Positions 10,052 through 19,743 are shown, counted from the first letter of the stretch. The stretch is DNA of 64,000 nt from Cyanophyceae cyanobacterium (GCA_038321985.1 JBBQFN010000019.1:32001-96000), one strand, 5' to 3'. Notes: generated from the sequence alone by a model not told the origin. A program made the numbers and translations.

Positions 10052-10285
10052 TTAGGGAACACTATATTTTTCCCATTCCGACTGAGGAATATTGGCTCCA
10101 ATTTCAAGGGCGATTTCCCAAATGGGTTTAGGATTGTCCTGAAACTCTACCGCTGTCGGGACGGGATAAGCCGGTTGAGATATTCCTCGGATTTGTTGAA
10201 CGATTTTTTCCAATAACCAGAGTTTCTCTTCAGAGGATAAATTTTGAATCGAGTTTTCCAGTTCTAGTAACTTGGCTGAAACCAT
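10052..10285 (-). CDS. small hypothetical protein, antitoxin-like, possibly C-terminally truncated
   Basis: AGGAG RBS upstream on the minus strand; LSSEEKLWLLEKI and PIWEIALEIGANIPQSEWEK segments resemble small cyanobacterial TA-associated proteins (from memory). Confidence 0.45.
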   Translation of the reverse strand: MVSAKLLELENSIQNLSSEEKLWLLEKIVQQIRGISQPAYPVPTAVEFQDNPKPIWEIALEIGANIPQSEWEKYSVP

Positions 10286-10619
10286 ATTTACTCCTGCTGA
10301 GGATTGGTAATCTTTTCTAATTCTTGAGCGAGATTAATCATTAGTTACTATTTCTATTTTAGAGTAGGACCAACAATTCTACAATTCCCGACATCAGGCC
10401 AGGATCCATGTGGAAGGTGCCGATCGCCCGTTGACTCCCCAAATTTGGACGGAGTAGAATCTGTGGCGGACTTCTTCTTCCTAAACCTGGATCCGCCCTG
10501 GGAAAGCACTGGATTTCGGCCCCGAAGCCTTAAGATAGAAGAAAGAAATTGAAAGGTAAGTTGCAACAGCCTTCGATGTAACCCCTGCGGTTTTAGTTTT
10601 GTTCACGTGTCGCCAAACC

Positions 10620-13025
10620 ATGACCAAACCCCACTGGCTCGAAATTACTGAATCTGTGGCCCTTGCCGGTTCTGTCCTCGGCACGATCGCCGTTGCTGGG
10701 AGTCAACACATCCTTTATGCTGCGGTCCCGTTAACGGTGTCGGTGAGTTTAAATTTGGTGAATCGCCAGCGACTCTACCACCTGAACCAACAGCGAACTG
10801 AGGGGGCGATCGCCCAAGTCTATCACTCCCTACAACCCCTCAACCAGCGCTTCGATCGCCTTGAATCCAGCAAGCAAGAGGTGAACTGGCAAACTCAAGA
10901 ACGCATTAATGACTTACAAGTGTCTCTGCGGGATGAACTGTTCGAGGCGATCGCCCAAGTAGAGGAGAGTTTCCCGGCTATCCCCGAACTCCCCAATCTG
11001 GAACCCATCACCGCCCGGATTAATGCTTTGGAATCCCAACTGGAACAGCAGCGAGATCGCATCGAGGCACAGAAAATGGAGTTAACCGACTCATTGCGCC
11101 AGGAGAATGAAGTCGCGATCGCCCGGATCCACGCCGCATTAGAATCTCTTCCCCCCTTCCCCAACCTCAAACCGTTAGCCGATCGCCTCGAACAACTGGA
11201 AATCGCAACAGCACAAGTCAACCAAGAAACCGAACGGCAGATTGAATCGTTCACAAAATCCTTGTGGGAACAAACCGAAAAGGCTATCGGGCAAATTTAT
11301 CAATCCCTCGCCACCTTACCCACTGCGGAAACCCTGGCAATCCTCAGCGATCGCCTGAATCAACTGGAATTAACCTCAAATGCGATCGCCCTCGCCTCAT
11401 CCCAGGAAGAAAACTCCTTAACCCCTAATACGGCTGCACTCCAAGAGGCAATTCAATCCCTGTCTAATTCCCCCAAATTTGAGGCAATTTACGATCGCCT
11501 GCAACAATTAGAAGCACTCAACGAACCGCCAACAGCACCTGAACTCCAGGAAATTCAAACGACTTTAAACCAACAAAACCAAGAGGCGATCGCCCGAGTC
11601 AATAGCGTAATTGAGGCGATCGTCCAGCGTCTCGATCTCCTAGAAACTGAATCCCGCGCCATCCCTCCTGCAACACTCCCCATCCTAGAACTCCAACCCA
11701 AATCCTCATCCCCTCCTCCCGACGCGGGCCAAAATCAACCCGCTACCCCTTCCCCGACACCGGAAAACACCAGCGAACCGCCTCGGGTCCCTTCCGAATA
11801 TCGGAAAGAAACAATTTCCGTCAAACCTGCACCACCCACACCGCCACCTCCGCCAACTACTGAGGATGAACTGGACGAATGGGACGAAGAAATTGCGCCA
11901 CTAGAGGACAAAAAGCCGGAGTCCACTCCCGCAGCAGAAGACAAACCTTTTCTGTCCAAATTGTCTATTAAACCCCTGACTAAACCTGAATCTCTGACTA
12001 AAGCAATGGGGGGAATCGAAACTTCCCTCGGAGAAGTTTTGGGAGATTTGCAAGGATTTGTCGGCAAATGGCGGGGAGAAAAATCTACCTCGGATTCGCC
12101 TTCAACTTCCCCGGATTCTGACGGATTCCCTAACCAAAATTGGCACTGCATCCGCACGATCGCCGGACATCAAGATGCCGTGAATTGTGTTGCTATTCAT
12201 CCCGATCTCAAAAAAATGGCCGCCGGGGACGGGGATAATACCGTGAAACTGTGGGGGATTCCTGAAGGCAACGAAATCCGAAACTTTAATGGGGAAGACT
12301 GGTTTGCTGCCGTGAATGCGATCGCTTTTAGTCCCGATGGGGGGGCGATCGCCGCAGCAATTGGGGAAGCTGTCGAGGTTTGGGAAGTAACTGAGGGCCG
12401 CCCACTCCATCGGTTTACAGGCAGTCTTGAGTCGGTTTATGGCACCATTTTTCTGCATAACGGCCAACAAATCATAGCCAGTGACAGCCTAGGCACAGTC
12501 GCAGTATGGCATCGGGAAACCGGGGAAGAAATTCGCCGATTTAGCGCCCATACGGGCATCATTCGTGCTTTAGCCACCAGTCCCGACGATCGCATTCTTG
12601 CCAGCGCCTCAGAGGATGGGATGATTAAACTCTGGCAGTTACAAACGGCACAGGAAATTTGCATTTTAAAGAGTCATAATGCCGGAGTGAATGCGATCGC
12701 CTTCAGTCCCGATGGACAACTCCTGGCCAGTGGCAGTAACGACATGACCCTAAAACTGTGGCAGGTGAAGTCTGGGGAAGAAATTCGCACCTTTACCGGA
12801 CATGGAGGGGGGATCTCCGCCGTCACTTTTTCTCCCGATGGCGAAACCCTAATCAGTGCCAGTGCCGATAAAACCGTTAAACTATGGCATCGCCATACTG
12901 GAGAACTGATCCAAACTCTCAAGGGTCATAGCAGTGGGGTAACCGGAATTGCTATCAGTCCCGATGGCAAAACCTTAGTCAGTGGTAGCGCAGATAAAAC
13001 CGTGATGCTTTGGCAGTGTGGATGA
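10620..13025 (+). CDS. membrane-anchored coiled-coil/repeat protein with C-terminal WD40 propeller
   Basis: N-terminal hydrophobic hairpin, long helical repeat region, Pro-rich linker and 7 WD40 repeats (GH...FSPDG...TVKLW). Confidence 0.85.
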   Translation: MTKPHWLEITESVALAGSVLGTIAVAGSQHILYAAVPLTVSVSLNLVNRQRLYHLNQQRTEGAIAQVYHSLQPLNQRFDRLESSKQEVNWQTQERINDLQVSLRDELFEAIAQVEESFPAIPELPNLEPITARINALESQLEQQRDRIEAQKMELTDSLRQENEVAIARIHAALESLPPFPNLKPLADRLEQLEIATAQVNQETERQIESFTKSLWEQTEKAIGQIYQSLATLPTAETLAILSDRLNQLELTSNAIALASSQEENSLTPNTAALQEAIQSLSNSPKFEAIYDRLQQLEALNEPPTAPELQEIQTTLNQQNQEAIARVNSVIEAIVQRLDLLETESRAIPPATLPILELQPKSSSPPPDAGQNQPATPSPTPENTSEPPRVPSEYRKETISVKPAPPTPPPPPTTEDELDEWDEEIAPLEDKKPESTPAAEDKPFLSKLSIKPLTKPESLTKAMGGIETSLGEVLGDLQGFVGKWRGEKSTSDSPSTSPDSDGFPNQNWHCIRTIAGHQDAVNCVAIHPDLKKMAAGDGDNTVKLWGIPEGNEIRNFNGEDWFAAVNAIAFSPDGGAIAAAIGEAVEVWEVTEGRPLHRFTGSLESVYGTIFLHNGQQIIASDSLGTVAVWHRETGEEIRRFSAHTGIIRALATSPDDRILASASEDGMIKLWQLQTAQEICILKSHNAGVNAIAFSPDGQLLASGSNDMTLKLWQVKSGEEIRTFTGHGGGISAVTFSPDGETLISASADKTVKLWHRHTGELIQTLKGHSSGVTGIAISPDGKTLVSGSADKTVMLWQCG

Positions 13026-13136
13026 GGATTAACTGACAAAATCAATACCCTGACTATGGCTCAGTGTCCGTTGAGATACGCAGGGATACAAACTTTAGGA
13101 TAGCCCCCGAATAAGCTCTTTAAGTAAACCTCCAAA

Positions 13137-14630
13137 ATGCCCAAACAACTTGCTTTTGAATTTGACCAAAATTTTCAAGATATTTCATCTCAAAAAGTTG
13201 CTCGCCCCAAGGGATATTCGGGTTTATATGGATTTCATAAATACTGGGGTAAAAAACCCTGGGAGCCCTTGGCTTTAATCATTGAGCAGTTAACTCAAGA
13301 GGGTGATATTATTGTGGACCCTTTTGTGGGGTCAGGGACATCGGCGCGGGAATCTCTCCTCCGTAATCGTAGGTTTATTGGATTTGATATTAATCCAGTG
13401 GCAATCGAACTAACAAATTTAATGGTTTCTCCACCGGATTATTTTGTGATTAGTGATGCCTTTCTAAGTCTGGAAAAAAATGTAAAAAACTCCATTAATG
13501 AAACCTATAAATTATCAGATGGTCGCATTGCGTCACATTATCTTTGGAAGCAGGATGTATTAAATCAAGTTTGGTTAAGGGGCGGACCTAAAAATTCCCG
13601 GTTAGAATTGTCTCCAACGGCACAGGATATAGAGCTTGCCCAAAAATTTACCCCCTATACTAGCCAATACATTCGCAATCTTCGCTTTTTTTCTAATGGA
13701 AGAATTAATGCCAGTCCGACTTTATCAATTGCCGATTTGATGACAGGTCGAGCTCAATACAATATCGACTTGATTCTCAACCAAATTAAAACCCTTCCGC
13801 AGGACTCTCAACGGGCAATTTATTTATGTCTCACCGCTGCATCTGGACAGATGAGCAAAATGGTTTTTGCGGTTACCAATAGAGGAAAAAATAAGGGGAA
13901 TATATCGGAAAAGGTTGAGGTGGGAAGCTGGGTGATTGGATATTGGCGACCCGAATTACATTTTGAGGTTAATGTTTGGAATTGTTTTGAAAGACGAGTT
14001 TCTAAACTTCTTAAGGCCATCTCTGACTATGACCCCCTAGAAAAAAGGAATATCTGTGACTCCCTAGAACAATTTTATCAGAACTCTTCAGACTGTTGTA
14101 TTTTATATGGGCCTTGTCAAAATGAAATTGAAAAAATACCTAAAAAATCAGTTAATCTGATTTTAACAGATCCCCCTCATAGCGATCGCATCCCTTACTT
14201 AGAATTAAGCGAATTATGGAATAGTATTTTAGGAATAGAACCGATTTTTGAATCGGAAATTATTATTTCTAATGCTAAGGAACGGAGGAAAACCCCGGAT
14301 CTTTACATAAGTGCGATGATAGATTTCCTGGCAAAATGCTCAACTGTCATGAGAGACGATGCTTTTCTAGTGCTACTATATAATTCTAGGCAATCGGACC
14401 GTTGGGGATTTATCCAGCCATTTCTTGACGGCTCCGAAACTTCAGCGGGTTTACAATATCTGGGACAGTTCCCCTGTACCTATTCAGCCGGATCCGTTGT
14501 CCAAGATACCAGAAAAGGCGGGTTAAAACATGATGTGGCTTTAATTTTTGGAAAATCAAAGTCTAATTTAAGTAAAATTGCTAAACTCAAAAATATTCCA
14601 GGCTGGTCCGGTACATTTATGGGTCAATGA
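13137..14630 (+). CDS. amino (N6-A/N4-C) DNA methyltransferase, alpha-type motif order
   Basis: HKYWGKKP, then SAM-binding motif I DPFVGSGT near the N-terminus; catalytic motif IV LILTDPPH near the C-terminus. Confidence 0.85.
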   Translation: MPKQLAFEFDQNFQDISSQKVARPKGYSGLYGFHKYWGKKPWEPLALIIEQLTQEGDIIVDPFVGSGTSARESLLRNRRFIGFDINPVAIELTNLMVSPPDYFVISDAFLSLEKNVKNSINETYKLSDGRIASHYLWKQDVLNQVWLRGGPKNSRLELSPTAQDIELAQKFTPYTSQYIRNLRFFSNGRINASPTLSIADLMTGRAQYNIDLILNQIKTLPQDSQRAIYLCLTAASGQMSKMVFAVTNRGKNKGNISEKVEVGSWVIGYWRPELHFEVNVWNCFERRVSKLLKAISDYDPLEKRNICDSLEQFYQNSSDCCILYGPCQNEIEKIPKKSVNLILTDPPHSDRIPYLELSELWNSILGIEPIFESEIIISNAKERRKTPDLYISAMIDFLAKCSTVMRDDAFLVLLYNSRQSDRWGFIQPFLDGSETSAGLQYLGQFPCTYSAGSVVQDTRKGGLKHDVALIFGKSKSNLSKIAKLKNIPGWSGTFMGQ

Positions 14631-14642
14631 ACAAGTAAAATT

Positions 14643-15737
14643 ATGGATTTTAAGACGGCACAATCTTGGTTTAAATATGACAGAATTAAGGATTTATCGC
14701 AATCTCCTCTAGGTCTCCGGTTTCTCAAGTTGCGTTCTTTATCTCGCCGGCAATACCTAGAGGCTTTATTCGCTTCTGTAGGGGTGACACCTACATCCAC
14801 TTTATTACGGGATTTACTTAAAGAAGCCTTTGAAACCGACTCCATTACGGAAGTCGTCATCGATTCTACTATTCGACATTTTTATACCCTAGAGAGACAA
14901 ACGCGCCAAACAGAAGAACTGGAACTGGTCAATCAACTCTATCGATTAGATTTGTATGACTGGGGTGGGCTTCATCAAAATAGCCTGGAAAAAACCATCG
15001 TTAACAACTATGTAAAACAAATCCGGAACTACGATAACTTATCAGCAAGTATAGAAAATGAGCTTCATCATAGTATGCGAGGTTACGTTTTATGTTCGTG
15101 GTATAATCATTGGACCTCGATTATAATTGAGGATATTTTTCGGGACCATCCAGCAGTCTTACCAGCCGTTGGATTAATTAAAAAAATAGATTTTTTCATT
15201 AGGGATATTCCCTTTGATTTGAAAGTTACTTATTTTCCTGAGGGTTATATTAAGGACTGCCGTCCTTTAGCGAATGAACGCTCAGAACTGACCCTGCTTA
15301 AACAATGGGCGCGTCAGTTTAATATCAGATTTAGCCAAGAGCTATCTGAGAGTTTATTGCTTTCTGACTTGTGGAAGAAGGCCAGGGATCATCCTTCAGT
15401 GACTTCTCAAAATTTGATAAGAGAACTGAGCCATTTCCGACGTCAACTGATTGAGCAGACCCAAATCAACCCAGAGGGCTTGATTACCTGGCTATATGAG
15501 AATCAAGGAGTTCGGAGATTTGATGCTTCAAATCGGTTGTTTCTTATTCTCATAGACTTAGACGATTTCTTTGCCTCGTGGAAATTGAAACGTGCTCATC
15601 CACTTCTGAACTCTGGGATAGGGGCTTTTTTAGATAATATATCAGCCTCGCCTGGACGAGAATTAAATTTTAATTGGGATGGAGAACGTTACACCGTAGT
15701 ATCCGATGCCATCATTATTACTAAACCTCAGAGATAA
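14643..15737 (+). CDS. putative type II restriction endonuclease (PD-(D/E)xK fold)
   Basis: 12 nt downstream of the MTase, co-oriented; IIEDIF...KIDFFIRDIPFDLKVT gives an E...D-x(7)-D-x-K nuclease-like signature. Confidence 0.65.
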   Translation: MDFKTAQSWFKYDRIKDLSQSPLGLRFLKLRSLSRRQYLEALFASVGVTPTSTLLRDLLKEAFETDSITEVVIDSTIRHFYTLERQTRQTEELELVNQLYRLDLYDWGGLHQNSLEKTIVNNYVKQIRNYDNLSASIENELHHSMRGYVLCSWYNHWTSIIIEDIFRDHPAVLPAVGLIKKIDFFIRDIPFDLKVTYFPEGYIKDCRPLANERSELTLLKQWARQFNIRFSQELSESLLLSDLWKKARDHPSVTSQNLIRELSHFRRQLIEQTQINPEGLITWLYENQGVRRFDASNRLFLILIDLDDFFASWKLKRAHPLLNSGIGAFLDNISASPGRELNFNWDGERYTVVSDAIIITKPQR

Positions 15738-15907
15738 TTAACGTTAGAACCGCTCAAACCCATCCGCGAATTTATGCTTCTTATGTTTTTGGCTAATTGC
15801 ATCAATCCTGATTCTCTCCATGAGGAGAGGACATAATCGGCAAGTCCTATCCAAAATTGATGAAGACTGGATCCAATCAAACGTCATCCTGACCAGAGTG
15901 ATGGAAA

Positions 15908-15962
15908 AGATTGGGGACTGAGGAGCCTACAAGGGACTTCCCCCTGGCCTCAGCCCCAATCT
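15908..15962. repeat. inverted repeat/hairpin downstream of the RM pair
   Basis: AGATTGGGG(A)CTGAGG ... CCTCAGCCCCAATCT, a 15-bp stem with one bulge. Confidence 0.5.
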
Positions 15963-16084
15963 GGTGCGTAAAGTCCCCGTCAATCGTCAAGGTTTGTCAG
16001 GGGATTATCGCCTGAGTCGGGGCTTTCCAGGCATTCTGTAGCCAACCGATTACTATTAAGTTATCCCCATGCTGGCTTGTCCCT

Positions 16085-17593
16085 ATGAGCTATTGTTTGA
16101 ATCCCGACTGTCAAAAACCTCAAAACCCAGCAGGCTATAACTTTTGCCATAATTGCGGCGCAAAGCTGCTATTGGGCGATCGCTATCGTGCGCTTAAATC
16201 TATTGGACAGGGTGGGTTTGGCCGGACTTTCCTGGCGATCGATGAATACAAACCTTCAAAACCCCGCTGCGTTATCAAGCAATTTTTTCCCCAATTCCAA
16301 ACTACTCAGAACGCACAAAAGGCAGCCGAACTTTTTAAGAAAGAAGCGGTACGGTTAGATGATTTAGGAAGCCATCCGCAAATTCCGGCCCTATTGGCTC
16401 ATTTTGATGCAGAGAGTTATCAATATTTAGTCCAAGAATTTATTGATGGGCAAACCTTAGCCCAAGAGTTGGAAACAGAGGGCGCATTCTCGGAAACTAA
16501 AGTTCGCCAGGTGCTGTTAAATTTACTCCCGGTCCTGCAATTCCTTCATGAAAAGCAAGTGATTCACCGGGATATTAAGCCTGAAAATATCATTCGCCGC
16601 GCACCAATAACGGAGATTTTAGAAGCGCGGAACGACGGGGGAGGCGATCGCGATCAGTTTCAATCGAGTCAACTGGTTTTAGTTGATTTTGGTGCAGCTA
16701 AATTTGCAACAGCAACCGCCGTGGGAAGGACGGGAACTGTGATTGGTACGGCTGGATATGTCGCCCCAGAGCAATTTCTCGGACAAGCGGTTCCCGCGAG
16801 TGATTTGTATTGTTTGGGAGTGACTTGCATCCAATTACTGACCGGGACTGCCCCCTTTGATTTATTTGATGTCAAGGAAGGGCTTTGGCATTGGCGTGAT
16901 TTTCTGGAGTTTCCAGTGGTTCATGAATTTGCTAAAATTTTAGACCGATTATTGGAAGCCAATCTCAATCAACGGTATCATTCAGCACCGGAAGTCCTGA
17001 CGGATTTGGACTGGTTACCCCCCGTCCCTCATCGGACAACTGCGAGGCCAAAACCTTCTCCAGGAGTCAGGAGTAATCCCCAATCGCCACCCCCAACTAA
17101 TCCCTCAATTGTCTCGCGATTAATGGGGGCAACGCCGCAAATGATCAAAGGCACAATTTTGGAGAACTTTGGCAAATATGAAGCGGCGATCGCCTCTTAT
17201 GACCAAGCCATCTCCCTCAAGCCAGATAATGCCGATGCTTGGTACAAAAAAGCCCGTCTCTGTGCGGAAATGGGTAATCATGAAGGTGCCTTATTCGGAT
17301 ATGAAAAAACCGTGGAATTGAAGCCATCTCGCTGGGACGCATGGCGCGATCGGGGCATAATTCTGTATAAACTGCGGCGCTATCAAGAGGCAACTTCCAG
17401 TTATTTAAAAGCATTACAATTTCAACCCAGTCAACCCTTAATCTGGTTATTAATGAGTATGTCTATCAAGCAAGTGGGCAATCATAAAGAAGCCCAAACC
17501 ACCTTAGAACAAGCCGGACAACTCATGCCAGAACGGGATAGCGATCAAGCTACAATTTTATGGCAAGCCTGGGAAATTTTAATTAAAAATTGA
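16085..17593 (+). CDS. Ser/Thr protein kinase with 4-Cys prefix and C-terminal TPR repeats
   Basis: CLNPDC...FCHNCG; GQGGFG; HRDIKPEN; DFG; YVAPEQ; TPRs (YEAAIASYDQAISLKPDNADAW). Confidence 0.9.
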   Translation: MSYCLNPDCQKPQNPAGYNFCHNCGAKLLLGDRYRALKSIGQGGFGRTFLAIDEYKPSKPRCVIKQFFPQFQTTQNAQKAAELFKKEAVRLDDLGSHPQIPALLAHFDAESYQYLVQEFIDGQTLAQELETEGAFSETKVRQVLLNLLPVLQFLHEKQVIHRDIKPENIIRRAPITEILEARNDGGGDRDQFQSSQLVLVDFGAAKFATATAVGRTGTVIGTAGYVAPEQFLGQAVPASDLYCLGVTCIQLLTGTAPFDLFDVKEGLWHWRDFLEFPVVHEFAKILDRLLEANLNQRYHSAPEVLTDLDWLPPVPHRTTARPKPSPGVRSNPQSPPPTNPSIVSRLMGATPQMIKGTILENFGKYEAAIASYDQAISLKPDNADAWYKKARLCAEMGNHEGALFGYEKTVELKPSRWDAWRDRGIILYKLRRYQEATSSYLKALQFQPSQPLIWLLMSMSIKQVGNHKEAQTTLEQAGQLMPERDSDQATILWQAWEILIKN

Positions 17594-17628
17594 GGAAAAT
17601 TGATTCGGTTTCTGAATCAATAAAAATT

Positions 17629-18816
17629 ATGAAAATTAACTCTGAGGGACCAAAATATTATGATGCAGTGATGGGCGGTCACTATTCGCCCCCGCCAGGA
17701 TCCGCAGTATTGGGGGGTCTGACGGGGATTCAAACTCGCTTGGCAATGCTGGATATTCCCGTTAAAGTTTCAGCGCTAAAAGAGGCGTTAAATTACGGTC
17801 AGGCCGGTTTAGAGTTAGTCATTACCGCGTTAAAAGATGAGTGTGAAACCGTGCGGCGATCGGCCTTTTTATTACTCAAACACCGAACCGAACCCACGGC
17901 GATCGCCGCCTTAAAAAAGTTTAATCCTTATCGTTTTTTTGAATGCGTTAACACCATTAATGCCCATCGAAGTTGGGTTTTATCCCTCGCCTTTAGTCCT
18001 ACCGGACGCCAAATTGCCAGCGCGAGTAAGGATAAAACCATTAAATTGTGGGTTCGGGATACGGGACGAAAATTGTACACCCTCAAAGGTCACAATCATT
18101 GGGTATCGGCAGTGGCATATAGTCCGCGATCGCCCATTCTCGTTAGTGGCAGTTGGGACTCCACCATCAAACTTTGGCAACGCCTTGGGGAAAGCGAACT
18201 TTATAGCTTCCCGGGAGACAGCGAAATTTATGCGATCGCCATCAGTCCCGACGGAGAATTTATCGCCGGTGGCAGTGGCGATAAAACCATCAAACTCATT
18301 GATATCGCCAAAAAACAGCAAGTTAGAACCTTAATCGGACATCAGGGTTATGCGATGGCAGTTGCATTTAGTCCCAATAGCCAACTCGTTGCTAGCGGCA
18401 GCAGTGACAAAACCATCAAACTCTGGCATCGAGAAAGCGGAAGAGAACTTTATACCCTAACCGGACATTGGGAACAAGTCTGTGCGATCGCCTTTAGTCC
18501 CGACGGCCAAACCCTCGCCAGCAGCAGCTTTGACCAAACTATCAACCTCTGGCAAGTCCAAACCGGACGCCATATTTGCACCCTCCTCGGTCATACCCAT
18601 TGGGTCTATGCGATCGCCTTTAGTCCCGATGGACAAACCCTCGCCAGTTGCAGTCGCGATAACAGCGTGAAATTATGGCAAGTCAAAACAGGCCGAGAAA
18701 TCCGCACCCTCCCGGGTCACTCCCGCGCCACTTGTGCAGTTGCCTTCAGTCCTGACGGACAAACCCTAGCAACAGGCGGCGATGATGGCACGATTAAGAT
18801 TTGGGAATGGCATTGA
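17629..18816 (+). CDS. WD40 repeat protein with N-terminal HEAT-like segment
   Basis: ALKEALNYGQAGLELVITALKD helical segment followed by 7 WD40 repeats with 126-nt periodicity. Confidence 0.85.
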   Translation: MKINSEGPKYYDAVMGGHYSPPPGSAVLGGLTGIQTRLAMLDIPVKVSALKEALNYGQAGLELVITALKDECETVRRSAFLLLKHRTEPTAIAALKKFNPYRFFECVNTINAHRSWVLSLAFSPTGRQIASASKDKTIKLWVRDTGRKLYTLKGHNHWVSAVAYSPRSPILVSGSWDSTIKLWQRLGESELYSFPGDSEIYAIAISPDGEFIAGGSGDKTIKLIDIAKKQQVRTLIGHQGYAMAVAFSPNSQLVASGSSDKTIKLWHRESGRELYTLTGHWEQVCAIAFSPDGQTLASSSFDQTINLWQVQTGRHICTLLGHTHWVYAIAFSPDGQTLASCSRDNSVKLWQVKTGREIRTLPGHSRATCAVAFSPDGQTLATGGDDGTIKIWEWH

Positions 18817-18836
18817 AGGGAGGATGGTATTGTTAC

Positions 18837-18877
18837 AGCAGAGATTAGAAATCCAGTTTCTTAACAATATCTCTGCT
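18837..18877. repeat. intergenic palindromic repeat
   Basis: AGCAGAGAT...AGAAA/TTTCT...ATCTCTGCT nested inverted repeat. Confidence 0.5.
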
Positions 18878-19101
18878 TAAGTTCGCACCTATTAAGTCTC
18901 TTTAATAATTACTAAATTTAACAGTTTGAATGAATTATCAATCATCAGGAGAAACCCATGTTAAGAGTATTACAACAGACCGTAAAAGTCGGAACAGGAG
19001 GCAAAGCTGACTATTGGCCCTGTGATTCAGGTGATCCGATAACCCAGTTTGTAGTAAAAATGCTGTACTGTAGGGAGATCATCTTCAATTGTTTTCTGAT
19101 T

Positions 19102-19743
19102 GTGCCATTCGACTCTCATCCCTACGCGATCGCCTTCCATACCAGCAGTCCCGAACTGGGTCTAGCTTTGAGCAATTTTGCTGAAACTAACCGGTGCCAA
19201 ACTTGGGATCTGGGGCGATCGCTTGCCACTCACTTGCACTGCTATCTTACCGAGTTTATCTCCCCTCAAACTTGGCAGGATTTTGCTTTTCTGGCCGTTG
19301 CCAAAGGACCTGGTAGCTTTACCGGGACCCGCATTGGGGTCGTTACTGCCCGGATTCTTGCCCAGCAACTCAATATTCCCTTATTTGCAATTTCTAGTTT
19401 AGCGGCAGTCGCCTGGTCCCAAACTCGCAGTCAGACTGACAGCAACCCCAGGGCGATCGCCCTGCAAATGCCCGCCCAACGGGGTCACCTCTTCACCGCA
19501 ATTTATGAAATCACACCCACCGCAGCAATTCCGCTACTTCCCGATGCCGTCCTTACCCCGCAACAGTGGGAAGAGACTCTCGGCACTTGTTCTAGTCCTT
19601 ATCAATTAATCCAAGTCCCAGAAAATTTAGGGTCTACCGTGTCCAGTCTTCTGAAACTCGCCCATCTGGAATGGCAACAGGGAAAACGTCCCCTCAGTTC
19701 CGAAGCCCTGCCCTTTTACGGACAGCATCCCGTAGACCAGTAA
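19102..19743 (+). CDS. tsaB: tRNA t6A37 biosynthesis protein TsaB
   Basis: AFHTSSPELGL, AVAKGPGSFTGTRIG, ISSLAA, MPAQRG and ALPFYGQHPV motifs. Homology begins near the GTG at 19102, although the frame is open from 18958. Confidence 0.88.
   Translation: MPFDSHPYAIAFHTSSPELGLALSNFAETNRCQTWDLGRSLATHLHCYLTEFISPQTWQDFAFLAVAKGPGSFTGTRIGVVTARILAQQLNIPLFAISSLAAVAWSQTRSQTDSNPRAIALQMPAQRGHLFTAIYEITPTAAIPLLPDAVLTPQQWEETLGTCSSPYQLIQVPENLGSTVSSLLKLAHLEWQQGKRPLSSEALPFYGQHPVDQ

Noticed and set aside
10354..10684. Minus-strand ORFs of 70 and 67 aa (DVGNCRIV faintly RelE-like)
   Set aside because: The resemblance is too short to support, and one ORF overlaps the WD40 gene start.
17990..18810. Regularly spaced repeats as a possible CRISPR array or DGR target/template
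   Set aside because: The 126-nt in-frame period is explained by WD40 blades; no cas or reverse transcriptase gene is present.
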